Shown here piece by piece: positions 27,745 through 36,246 of a DNA stretch of 58,198 nt (position 1 is its first letter; every line of letters starts with the position of its first letter). The stretch is from a virus (Duplodnaviria; Caudoviricetes): IMG/VR virus record IMGVR_UViG_3300020215_000057, positions 1 through 58,198 of that record; one strand, given 5' to 3'. Made by a program: the position numbers and the translations under genes. The notes under the pieces are model-generated. The model was given only the letters and a program-made list of their open reading frames with translations. It was not told where the DNA came from and did not search any database.

Positions 27745-27750
27745 ACACAT

Positions 27751-27780
27751 AATATACACATTTTATGCATATCGCGTCAA
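27751..27780 (-). promoter_or_regulatory. Sigma70 promoter of the TA operon with palindromic operator
   Basis: TTGACG-N18-TATATT; imperfect palindrome ATATGCAT-AAA-ATGTGTAT in the spacer. Confidence 0.6.
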
Positions 27781-27876
27781 GCAAATAATGATATCAAAAT
27801 CTCGAAAAGTGATATCACGTCCCAGGGTGATCTAATGTCACCTGGGCGGGAAAGTGTCTAAAATTGAGACGGTTTT

Positions 27877-28257
27877 TTAATGATACAGAACACAGCCGCC
27901 GCTATCGCAAAGTTCCATGTTTGTGCCCTGGGCCTCATAGCTGCCAGATGAATTTATGCTAGCGCATCCTGGATCGCCGGCGCCGCCCGAAGTGTAACCA
28001 CAGGACGACAATACATAGTTTCCCGCCGCCTCAGTCCCGATAACATCAACCGTGCAATCGCAGCGCTCACCGCCAGTAAATATAAACGTCATTGCCCCGC
28101 CCGTAACGGGAAGCGTGAAGGCCGAGGCGTCAAAAGAAAAACTGTTTGTGGCGTTTGTCCAGAGTGCGGTTATTCCTTTGTTGCCAGGGGCATCGTCGCC
28201 GTCAGAGCCGCAAGCCGTTATCAAAAAAAAGGCGGAAAACAATATTAGTCTTTTCAT
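27877..28257 (-). CDS. Cys-containing lipoprotein (moron)
   Basis: Lipobox ITAC; AGGAG RBS; six Cys in the mature part after the lipidated Cys. Confidence 0.8.
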   Translation of the reverse strand: MKRLILFSAFFLITACGSDGDDAPGNKGITALWTNATNSFSFDASAFTLPVTGGAMTFIFTGGERCDCTVDVIGTEAAGNYVLSSCGYTSGGAGDPGCASINSSGSYEAQGTNMELCDSGGCVLYH

Positions 28258-28273
28258 TGCTGACTCCTGTTGA

Positions 28274-28684
28274 TTAGGGCACTTCGCCCTTTTCTCTTAG
28301 ATCCTGAAGAACCACTTGTGCATTCATGGCGCCATGGCCGGGCTCGGTCTTAAACATCGTCATTTCAGCTTCAAGCTGTGGAATAACGACTTGCTTTGAA
28401 AACCCCATGTTCCGATAGGCCATTGCGGTCGTGCGCGTGCCTGACGTATCCCGGATATTTTCAATAGCGAAAAAAGAATACCCGTTTTTCACGGTTAGAC
28501 TCGCGGCTCGGCGCCGAAGCTCTTGAGTTGCTTCGGGCATCGTTTCGCCGGGATCGCCATCATAACTAAGAATAAATTTGTTTTCTCCGACTCGCGAAGC
28601 CTTCACTGGGTCAGGCAACACATAATGCTTGGGCGGACTCGCACACCCCGCCAATAGAGATAAAACCAGTATATATTTTTTCAT
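28274..28684 (-). CDS. Lipoprotein, CC0125/CC1285-like (moron)
   Basis: Lipobox LAGC; RRAA.LT..NGY..F.I motif. Confidence 0.75.
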   Translation of the reverse strand: MKKYILVLSLLAGCASPPKHYVLPDPVKASRVGENKFILSYDGDPGETMPEATQELRRRAASLTVKNGYSFFAIENIRDTSGTRTTAMAYRNMGFSKQVVIPQLEAEMTMFKTEPGHGAMNAQVVLQDLREKGEVP

Positions 28685-28691
28685 GCCCAGC

Positions 28692-28719
28692 TCATCGGGC
28701 GCTCAACCAATTAACTTTA
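28692..28719 (-). promoter_or_regulatory. Sigma28 (FliA)-like promoter of the lipoprotein pair
   Basis: Minus strand TAAA-N16-CCCGATGA just upstream of ATG 28684. Confidence 0.5.
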
Positions 28720-28945
28720 GAGAATTAACAATCTTAACAAATGTAATCTTTATCATTATGCCGCGCTAAGCTTGTGAAAAGTCTTGAATATACATAAATA
28801 AAAAATGTTTGTAGAAATCTACACAAGGTTACTTTGAGTAAATCGTTGGCGCGGGAAATGTGAGGGGCGTGTGAAGAAAAAGAGTCGGGGGTTGAGGCAG
28901 AGGCGTAACAAGAAAAAGCAAGCGTTAAAGGATATGAAAACTATT

Positions 28946-29308
28946 CTAACGGCGCTTGAGCGGCTTATTGTTTTTATCGCGGGGGCCGGGTCCTAGGGGC
29001 TGGCCATTCAGCTGGGCTTCAAGGGCCTTCACTTGGTCCATTAATAGACGATTCATGATTTTAAGGTTTTCGACCTCGGCATCGTCATTACTGTCGAAGA
29101 ATGAGTCTCCGACCTTAAGGACTTTTTTTATTTCTGGATAGTTTTCGTCATCAATGCCATTCACCCCGGTTTCCCAGAGGGCGACGGCGTTTCGCGAGAC
29201 ACCAATGGCTTCGGCGAACTTTGCTTGCGAGCGAAATCCCATTTCGATGCGCCGGGATTTAAGCTTTTTACCCATCTCAATATTAAATAGTTCGCGATAT
29301 TTTGCCAT
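28946..29308 (-). CDS. CI-like repressor (XRE HTH)
   Basis: SQAKFAEAIGVSRNAVALWETG; divergent from cro-like gene. Confidence 0.85.
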   Translation of the reverse strand: MAKYRELFNIEMGKKLKSRRIEMGFRSQAKFAEAIGVSRNAVALWETGVNGIDDENYPEIKKVLKVGDSFFDSNDDAEVENLKIMNRLLMDQVKALEAQLNGQPLGPGPRDKNNKPLKRR

Positions 29309-29335
29309 TCATATCCAGCTTAAATCATTGGCGAA

Positions 29336-29397
29336 TGTACAAAAATACCCCTATTGGTTTACAATAGTTGACATTTGTACACCGTATGATGTACATT
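29336..29397 (+). promoter_or_regulatory. Immunity region: PR-like promoter and TGTACA operator repeats
   Basis: TTGACA(29368)-N18-TACATT; TGTACA at 29336, 29376, 29390 and TTTACA at 29358. Confidence 0.6.
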
Positions 29398-29403
29398 ACT
29401 CAA

Positions 29404-29634
29404 ATGAACAGCGAACAAAGACAACTAAGGGCGCTTATAAAGGAATGGGTCCAGATGGTCGGAGAAGACTCTGTGGACGATTTTCTCAAGTCGAAAAACG
29501 TCAGAATGACGATTCGATACAAAATAGTGCGCGGCCAATACACGCCTTCGGCAAGAGACGGGATGATAAAATCGACTCTTATCGAGGGCCTTCGGTCGGT
29601 CGGACTATTGCCCGCAACGGGTGAAGCAAGCTGA
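29404..29634 (+). CDS. Cro-like regulator
   Basis: Small basic protein divergent from cI; IRYKIVRGQYTPS. Confidence 0.6.
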   Translation: MNSEQRQLRALIKEWVQMVGEDSVDDFLKSKNVRMTIRYKIVRGQYTPSARDGMIKSTLIEGLRSVGLLPATGEAS

Positions 29635-29756
29635 ACTAGGTTTTGAAAGAACAATTGAACAGCCTTACCCCAAAAAATGCGCGCGCGTGTTTTTCGGGCC
29701 GGGGTTTGTAAAGATTTTACGAGGATTGTATGAATGTGACGGTTGAGAGAGGAAAT

Positions 29757-30230
29757 TTAAGGAAGAAAGCTATTAGATCTGTCGATAGCCTCTTGCCCCT
29801 TACGCATGGTCTCTTTAATCGACTTCAACGTTTGGTCGTAGTCGCCGCCATTTTCTTTGGGCTTTGGCTGTCCTATGAATTCGTATTTCATCAACTCGTC
29901 GCGGGTGAAGCCGCTAATTTCGCCGCAAACATTGCAGGTAAATTCATAGGGATAGGTCACGTAAAACACCTTGTTGCCTTTCCCATCCTCATGGCGTTTG
30001 GAGAGGAAAATGTTGGTAGAACCACACAAGAGACATTTGAGATAATTCAATTTCTTCTGATTGTTATCGGCTTTTTGCTCGGGGTCCTTACTACGATTGT
30101 TTATGAATATTTTAAATATTGCCGCCGTAACCGCGCTACTGAGCGCCATTGCGACAAGGGTAGGCCATAGCATGTGCGGATTATTTTTTATGAAGACGTA
30201 TGTTTTTTCAATGTATTCAATAAAGTCCAT
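29757..30230 (-). CDS. TM + Zn-ribbon protein inserted antisense in the early operon
   Basis: AAAGGA RBS; TM segment; CLLC..CNVC. Confidence 0.65.
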   Translation of the reverse strand: MDFIEYIEKTYVFIKNNPHMLWPTLVAMALSSAVTAAIFKIFINNRSKDPEQKADNNQKKLNYLKCLLCGSTNIFLSKRHEDGKGNKVFYVTYPYEFTCNVCGEISGFTRDELMKYEFIGQPKPKENGGDYDQTLKSIKETMRKGQEAIDRSNSFLP

Positions 30231-30323
30231 AACGGAAATTATCCTTTCGTTGTGGTTAGGCTCCGGGGCGACTGATTCTCTCCCCGAAGCCGCTTTCTAT
30301 CCCGCCACAAGTGAGGTGTCAAA

Positions 30324-30560
30324 GTGAGGAAATACTTTTTAGGTGACCGAGCTGTCTCGGTTGACGATGTTGATTTTCAGTTTGAAGAGGGCGCCTATGT
30401 CCGAGCCGCCACATTCGAGGACGACAACAGTCCTCTATCGGATGAGCAGATGGCCGAGGTTGAGGCGACCTATCAGCAAGAATTATATGAGGACGCTTAC
30501 TCGCACATGGCTTCTCGCGCTTATGACGACGCTAAAGACCGATGGAAGTATGGAGAATAA
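30324..30560 (+). CDS. Acidic hypothetical protein
   Basis: GAGG RBS; GTG start. Confidence 0.7.
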   Translation: MRKYFLGDRAVSVDDVDFQFEEGAYVRAATFEDDNSPLSDEQMAEVEATYQQELYEDAYSHMASRAYDDAKDRWKYGE

Positions 30561-30561
30561 G

Positions 30562-30732
30562 ATGGCACAGCCAAGCCCGCGCTGCAAGATTTGTGGCGCA
30601 ACACTTTGTGAGTGTAAAGAAATCGCTGCGAAAGTTGAGCGCCAGCTTATGGAACAATATCTTATCGATGCTTTTTTATACGGCTACATAGATCCATTCA
30701 CTTTGCTTGAAAAGTGGCGAGCGCTTAAGTGA
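30562..30732 (+). CDS. Small Zn-finger protein
   Basis: GGAG RBS; CKICG..CEC. Confidence 0.55.
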   Translation: MAQPSPRCKICGATLCECKEIAAKVERQLMEQYLIDAFLYGYIDPFTLLEKWRALK

Positions 30733-30798
30733 TAGCGCTTTGGTTTTTAGTTATTTTAGTTTGTATTGGAGTGGGGGTTTACATGAAGGGAAATAAAA

Positions 30799-31710
30799 AT
30801 GAGCGATTTTAGAATAGAGTTTGGTCAGAAATATAAGGGCCAGCTATTAAAAGACATCCCCAGAAAAGACGCCGAAAGCTACATCGCGTGGCTTGAGAAA
30901 TCAAAGGCAAGCCCCAAGGGCCTAAGTCCCGCGCAGGAGATTCAACTTGGCCAACTAAAAACAGCGTTTGCAAAGCTTTATGCAAACGGCACGGCCCCAA
31001 AGAATTTCGACAAGGCCGTGGAACAAATTAAAAACCTGTCAACAGGCCGACCCGCAGCGCAGGCGCTTTCAAACCAAATGGTTCACGTAACCGCCAAGGG
31101 AACATATCTGCCGCTTCTAAAACTCAAGGGCAAAGACTATCTAGAGGTCAAGTATCGCCTTGTGTGGTTTAGAGAAGATCACCCGAATTGGTCCATCAGC
31201 ACAGAGCTTGTCGCGGTGACGGATAAGTCTTGTACAGCCAAAGCCACGGTGAGCGATGAGACGGGACGGGTGATTGCCACATCTCATAAGTCTGAAACCT
31301 ATGCAGGCTTCGCGGACTTCATAGAGAAAGCCGAGACAGGCGCCATAGGCCGCGCCCTTGCTCTCATAGGATACGGCACTCAGTTTTGTGCTGATGAATT
31401 AGACGAGGGGGAGCGCATTGTCGATAGCCCCGCTAAGCCTGTCGGGAAAAAATACGATCCCTATAACGGTGCTGATAAATCAAGGATGCCTTCAGAGCCG
31501 CCAGAGAGAAAGCCTCACGGGTTTACTGGTATCATTATGTCCGTTGAGACTCACTATGATGACAAGGTCACTCAAGAACTATTAAAGAAAAACAACTTCA
31601 GGTGGGACGCTGAGGTAAAACGCTGGGTCCATCCGTTTGATGAGGGCTTAGCCGAGCGCCTTGGCGTTCAATATGAAATCATTGAAAGCCCTGCGGGGAT
31701 TCAGCGATGA
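30799..31710 (+). CDS. Rad52/Rad22-like single-strand annealing protein with N-terminal FGKYKG domain
   Basis: KGKDYLEV..RL..FRE; AKATV.D..GRV.AT; EKAETGAIGRAL. Confidence 0.75.
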   Translation: MSDFRIEFGQKYKGQLLKDIPRKDAESYIAWLEKSKASPKGLSPAQEIQLGQLKTAFAKLYANGTAPKNFDKAVEQIKNLSTGRPAAQALSNQMVHVTAKGTYLPLLKLKGKDYLEVKYRLVWFREDHPNWSISTELVAVTDKSCTAKATVSDETGRVIATSHKSETYAGFADFIEKAETGAIGRALALIGYGTQFCADELDEGERIVDSPAKPVGKKYDPYNGADKSRMPSEPPERKPHGFTGIIMSVETHYDDKVTQELLKKNNFRWDAEVKRWVHPFDEGLAERLGVQYEIIESPAGIQR

Positions 31711-31967
31711 CCAAAGCCGAAATCAAAGCCGAACTCCAAAAGCTCATCATGGGCATGCACCAAGGGAACAAGGACGCAAGGCTCAACGCCTACGCCGAGC
31801 GTGTGCATGGGCTGGTGGAGGCGCTGACAAGCGTAAACGAAACGCCCGCGAGCGACTCGGTTAGAACTATAAATCATGAGAATGCGTGGACTCTCTGGGC
31901 GAGAAACAGGGTGCGAGAGGCCCTCGCCAAGTTCAGGGGCGCGAAGGGCGGTCAGAATGAAAACTAA
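31707..31967 (+). CDS. Hypothetical protein
   Basis: Coupled ORF. Confidence 0.65.
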   Translation: MTKAEIKAELQKLIMGMHQGNKDARLNAYAERVHGLVEALTSVNETPASDSVRTINHENAWTLWARNRVREALAKFRGAKGGQNEN

Positions 31968-32217
31968 TGCGAATGATGCCATTGATACTTTTATGATTGG
32001 CGCCGACCACGCCGGGAATGATCTTGACCTAAAAATCGGCCTCACCAAGCGAGAGTATTTCGCTGCGATGGCGATGCAGGGGTTAATTGCGTCTTGTGCG
32101 AACAGTTATCCCAGCAGAAAAGAAACCGGCAAACGAGCTGTAGAGTTTGCAGACGCCCTAATCGCCGCCCTCAACGCGCCCGCAGCGGCTGAGGCCTCGG
32201 CGAAGGGGGATGAATGA
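31957..32217 (+). CDS. Conserved phage protein (GLTKREYFAAMAMQG..ADALI)
   Basis: Widely recurrent phage motif. Confidence 0.75.
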   Translation: MKTNANDAIDTFMIGADHAGNDLDLKIGLTKREYFAAMAMQGLIASCANSYPSRKETGKRAVEFADALIAALNAPAAAEASAKGDE

Positions 32218-32606
32218 ACTTGTCTGTACTAAATTCTTATCGTGAAGTTTCCGGACCTTGGCGTACCAAGCCAGATGATAGATTTGGTAGATTCTTGATC
32301 ACCAACCCTTATCAAATAAATTTGTCACTTAGGGTTGTCTGCTCACCCCTCGATGGCCTTGAAGAGTGGGAGCATGTATCTGTTTCAACGGCAAAACGAA
32401 CGCCAACATGGGAAGAGATGTGTTTTGTAAAAGATTTATTTTGGACGAATGATGAGGTTGTTTTTCAGCTTCATCCCAAGAAAAGCGAATACATTAACAA
32501 CCACGCGCATTGTCTCCATCTGTGGAGAAATACAAAGGCGGAAGTCCCGCAGCCACCTTCTGCGCTGGTTGGGATTAAGGGGCTGACAGGGCTGGAAAAG
32601 ATATGA
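32214..32606 (+). CDS. Conserved phage protein (WEHVSVS..R.PTWEEM..VKDLF)
   Basis: Widely recurrent phage motif, HP..EY.N.H..CLHLW. Confidence 0.8.
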   Translation: MNLSVLNSYREVSGPWRTKPDDRFGRFLITNPYQINLSLRVVCSPLDGLEEWEHVSVSTAKRTPTWEEMCFVKDLFWTNDEVVFQLHPKKSEYINNHAHCLHLWRNTKAEVPQPPSALVGIKGLTGLEKI

Positions 32607-32710
32607 CCCGCGAGGCGGCCGTGAGCATCGGGCTTATCGTGTTCGTCGCGGCGGTGCTGGTGTTTTGGTGATCGTTTGAATATTAGGACTTGTTAGCATC
32701 AGGTCCTAAT

Positions 32711-32865
32711 GTTGAGGCGAATCGGCGTGGTAGCATTGTGGCCAGAACATGTTCTGCGTATCACCACATGGAGACACGCCTGATGGAGTAAGGCTGGCTG
32801 AAATAGCTGATCATCTTCGGGTGAGAAAAAGCCAGAGCCGGAGTCGCGCCCGGCATCGCCTCAGC
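32711..32865 (+). ncRNA. tRNA-like structured ncRNA, copy in phage A
   Basis: Closing stem GTTGAGGCGA/TCGCCTCAGC; GCGTG..GGAGA-CACGC arm; GCCGG-AGTCGCG-C-CCGGC T-like arm; homolog at 42021. Confidence 0.7.
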
Positions 32866-32893
32866 TTTTTATTGAACGTATTGGAGGGGTTTT

Positions 32894-33100
32894 ATGGCAG
32901 CTAAGAAATTAAAACAAGTTGAGCATCAGTACTTGACGATGAAAGAGGTCATGGAAAAGACTCGCTATTCAAGGCGCTCCATCGAGAGGTTTATAAAAGA
33001 CGGCGAGTTAAGGTCCGTTCGCATTCGGCGCAAGCGCTTAATTGCGGCGGATTCTTTCGCTGAATTCATTAACGCAAGCACCGTAGACGGAAAGTTTTAA
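32894..33100 (+). CDS. xis: Excisionase-like HTH protein
   Basis: YLTMKEV.E..RYSRRSIERFIKDGEL.SVRI..KRLI; upstream of int. Confidence 0.8.
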   Translation: MAAKKLKQVEHQYLTMKEVMEKTRYSRRSIERFIKDGELRSVRIRRKRLIAADSFAEFINASTVDGKF

Positions 33101-33106
33101 TAATCT

Positions 33107-34195
33107 ATGTCAAAAAAGTTTCGACGCTCCATTCGCATCAAGGGCGAGCCAGTAAAGAGCCCCCTGTTTCTCACGAAACGAGAGGCCGATGCGTGGTATA
33201 ACCAAAAATACTCTGAGCGTGCGGCGATGCGTGGCGGGATCTTTTATCATGTGGGCGCGGGCCCACAGCTAAGGGAATATTTTTATTTAACCTGGCTCCC
33301 GAAAAGAAAGCGGAACTATCCTGAATCAACGTGGGCATCAGATGTTCAGCGCTTTGAAAAATATATCCAAAGAATCCTTGGCGGTAAAAAGGTTTCAAAG
33401 ATCAACACGCTAGAGGTCAAGGCATGTCTCGCTGATGTGGTTGATAAGCACGGCGCCGACCCAAAGACGCGGGATCGGGTGCGCTCGCTTTTATCAAAGG
33501 TTTTCAAAGACGCAATGAACGAGGCCGTCCCGCTCACACAAGCGAATCCGGTTGCCGGCATTCAGTTCGACGGTCGCCGTCGCGGCAAAAAAACACCTAA
33601 GCACCTTAAGGCCGAAAGCGAGGCGAAGAGGCTTTTGTGGGCGGCAAAGAAAGATGTCTCGCCGGCCGCACTCCCTATTATTGCAATCCTCATGATGGCA
33701 GCCCTAAGGAAATCCGAAATGCTTCCGCTCTTGATTGAAGATGTGGACTTTAAGCGCCACGCGATAAGCGTGAACAAGCGGTACACTCAGGTTTCAAAGA
33801 AGATTGAGCGCGGCACCAAGTCCGGGGATCTCGAGGGGCGAGAGGTGCCAATGTCTGACGAGCTTGAGCGGATATTGAAAGAATATTTAGCTCGTCGCCC
33901 GAACACAAAGCCCACAGACTTTTTACTTCCCAGCCCCGAAGGCGGACACTACAAGCCTCGAGGGATAAACACTCTTGTTAAAAGGGTCTGTGAGGCCGTG
34001 GGGCTCGACGTTCCACCACACGGGCTTCGTCACTCGCATGGCAGGCTTTTCATCGCAAGCGGAGGCAATAAAAAGGTTTTACAGGCCAACCTTGGGCACG
34101 CCTCAAGCGCAACCACTGACCTCTATGCGGACCTGGCCGGCGTTGATAGGTCCGCGCATCGAAACCTTCTAAATCTCGAGACTGACGATGAGTAA
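33107..34195 (+). CDS. int: Tyrosine integrase
   Basis: LRKSE (R), TKSG (K), HGLRH, LGHAS, TDLY catalytic residues. Confidence 0.95.
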   Translation: MSKKFRRSIRIKGEPVKSPLFLTKREADAWYNQKYSERAAMRGGIFYHVGAGPQLREYFYLTWLPKRKRNYPESTWASDVQRFEKYIQRILGGKKVSKINTLEVKACLADVVDKHGADPKTRDRVRSLLSKVFKDAMNEAVPLTQANPVAGIQFDGRRRGKKTPKHLKAESEAKRLLWAAKKDVSPAALPIIAILMMAALRKSEMLPLLIEDVDFKRHAISVNKRYTQVSKKIERGTKSGDLEGREVPMSDELERILKEYLARRPNTKPTDFLLPSPEGGHYKPRGINTLVKRVCEAVGLDVPPHGLRHSHGRLFIASGGNKKVLQANLGHASSATTDLYADLAGVDRSAHRNLLNLETDDE

Positions 34196-34321
34196 AAAGA
34201 GTGGGATCAAATCGGCATCACTTTATGTTAATTCTTGTCGTATTACGCCATTATGCACAGCAACCATGCATACGCAGATCACCAGTAGCTCAGCAGATTT
34301 CCGTGAAACAATTCAACCACT

Positions 34322-34386
34322 TGGTGCCCCGAGCCAGACTCGAACTGGCACGCCCGTTTTACCGAAGCCCAGGATTTTAAGTCCTG
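34322..34386 (-). other. attP core: 3' half of tRNA-Leu(UAA)
   Basis: Minus strand CAGGA-CTTAAAA-TCCTG, long variable arm, GCCAG-TTCGAGT-CTGGC, ..GGGGCACCA; 5' half absent; 126 bp after int. Confidence 0.88.
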
Positions 34387-34612
34387 TACACACTAAAGAT
34401 AAATATCTAAAAACATTATATCTTATTAAAAATCAGGGTTGCGTCAGCGCTCATTTCGGCATCATTTTGTGTCGTATCTCGGCGGCTTTTGGCGCGGATT
34501 ACATCAAAGAAAACAATTCAAATTCAACAACTAGAAAACATCTCGGGGGAGATCATGGATTTTATAGACTCGCTATTTTATGAGGCCTTGGGGCGCGCCG
34601 TGGGGGCTCAAA

Positions 34613-35350
34613 GTGAAATGGTTTAAACACTTCACTGACATGCATGAGGGCCGGTCGATCAACGACCTTTTAGACCAGCTTGGACACACCGGGCTATGTT
34701 TCTTTTTGTTGCAAGAAATGTGCGCCCGGAAACTCGAAAAACCGGAGGATGGGGAGCTAACAGAGGCGGACTGTTTGTTCCACTTTCATCCGAGAATTGT
34801 CCGGCAAAAGCTCCGCATTTCCCCGGCAAACCTCCGGCATTTGCTGGACGTTTGCGCCGCAAATGGTCTGCTTTCGTATAATCTCACGGAAAACTCAGTT
34901 GAAATTTCTATGCCTATCCTGCTGAATTTATTAGATCGGGACTCAAAAAAAGCGCGGCATACGCGCGCAAGTGACGCGGAAAAACAGCGCCTAGATAAAG
35001 ATAAAGAAAAGAATAATAAGCCAAAAAAAAATGATCCAGTCTTTTTGGCCAGTATTGAGAAAGTTTACGCATCAGAATATCCAAGGAAGGAAGGACTGGC
35101 GCGTGGTTTAAAATTATTGGCCAAAGAAATTAAAAACGAAAAAGACGCTGAAAATTTTTGCAAAGCGATTTCAAACTACGCGAAAAAAGTCGCCGCCGAA
35201 AAGACCGAGAAAAAGTACATCAAGCAGTTCTCGACGTTCTGCGGCGGAGACTGGCAGGACTACGTGGAATGGCAACACGAAGCTAGCGCCGCGAAAAGCT
35301 CCTCCTACGCCGAAGCCATGAAGCGCTTGAACCTGGGCGGTGGCCAATGA
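34613..35350 (+). CDS. Replication initiator-like protein
   Basis: KWFKH..D N-terminus, HTH-like middle, YPRKEG..KYIKQFSTF C-terminus. Confidence 0.7.
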   Translation: MKWFKHFTDMHEGRSINDLLDQLGHTGLCFFLLQEMCARKLEKPEDGELTEADCLFHFHPRIVRQKLRISPANLRHLLDVCAANGLLSYNLTENSVEISMPILLNLLDRDSKKARHTRASDAEKQRLDKDKEKNNKPKKNDPVFLASIEKVYASEYPRKEGLARGLKLLAKEIKNEKDAENFCKAISNYAKKVAAEKTEKKYIKQFSTFCGGDWQDYVEWQHEASAAKSSSYAEAMKRLNLGGGQ

Positions 35351-36246
35351 GCTTTATTGAAAACCGCCTTTTGTTTGCGCTCAAGGATAACAAGAAGGAG
35401 TTCGAGCCCCCGCGCCTTATCCGCTCCGTTGACGAGGCTTTTGAGCTGAACGAAAAAAAGTGGGGCATTTTCCTAACCGTGAACCAGTTCGAGGGAGAGC
35501 GTCGCACTTATGACACGTGCTCAAAGATATTGGCGTGGGCTGTGGACATCGACCCCGAAGAAAACGAAACGAAAGACGACCTCATGGCGCGAGTGCTTAG
35601 GGGGCCAAAGCCCACGTCGGTGGTTGATAGTGGGCGCGGGCTTCACGTGTACTTCGACGCGGACAAGAGTGCGACAAAAGAAAATTACCGCGAAATCCTC
35701 CCGCGCATGATTGAGTTTTATAGCGCGGACACAAAGGCCAAAGATCCGGCGCGGCTTTTGAGGGTGCCCGGCTTTCTGCACTGGAAGGACCCAGCGAACC
35801 CCAGGCCCGTGAAGCTTTTGAGCGATTATTATTTCACGACTCAGAAATATTCCGAAAAAGACATGCTCGCCCTTTTCCCGGCGACGGAAGAAAAGAAGAG
35901 CGAGCTCAAAGAACGCACGGCACTTAAACGGGCGCTTGAGTTTCAAAAAGACTCTGGCCTCTTTGAGCGCATTTACAGCATGGATTGCCTTGATGGGCTT
36001 GAGCGCTTGTCTGGCTCAGCTGCGGTCGGCGGCGACAGCTTTACTTTTAAGCGCACAGCAAGCGGCAATTACAACATCGTCGTTAACGGCGAGGGGACGT
36101 CGTGCTGGATTGATAATCACAAACGTATTGGGAGCGGAGATGGCGGGGGACCAACTTTGTGGCAATGGGTAAACTGGTATCACCGCAGCCATAAGAAAAC
36201 TTATCAGCATTTTAAGGAAATTTTCCCAGAGGTTTTTAAAAAATGA
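35347..36246 (+). CDS. RepB-type (AEP superfamily) DNA primase
   Basis: WAVDID, PTSVVDSGRGLHVYF, D..RLLRVPGF.H.K. Confidence 0.85.
   Translation: MSFIENRLLFALKDNKKEFEPPRLIRSVDEAFELNEKKWGIFLTVNQFEGERRTYDTCSKILAWAVDIDPEENETKDDLMARVLRGPKPTSVVDSGRGLHVYFDADKSATKENYREILPRMIEFYSADTKAKDPARLLRVPGFLHWKDPANPRPVKLLSDYYFTTQKYSEKDMLALFPATEEKKSELKERTALKRALEFQKDSGLFERIYSMDCLDGLERLSGSAAVGGDSFTFKRTASGNYNIVVNGEGTSCWIDNHKRIGSGDGGGPTLWQWVNWYHRSHKKTYQHFKEIFPEVFKK

Noticed and set aside
29730-30170. Plus-strand 146-aa ORF as the real gene
   Set aside because: The minus-strand ORF has the better RBS and a Zn-ribbon motif; kept only as a possibility in findings.
34322-34420. Complete tRNA-Leu gene
   Set aside because: The acceptor 5' strand and D arm are missing; only the 3' half is present, consistent with an att core.
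34188-34583. 131-aa ORF after the integrase
   Set aside because: Runs across attP and the antisense tRNA fragment; likely spurious.
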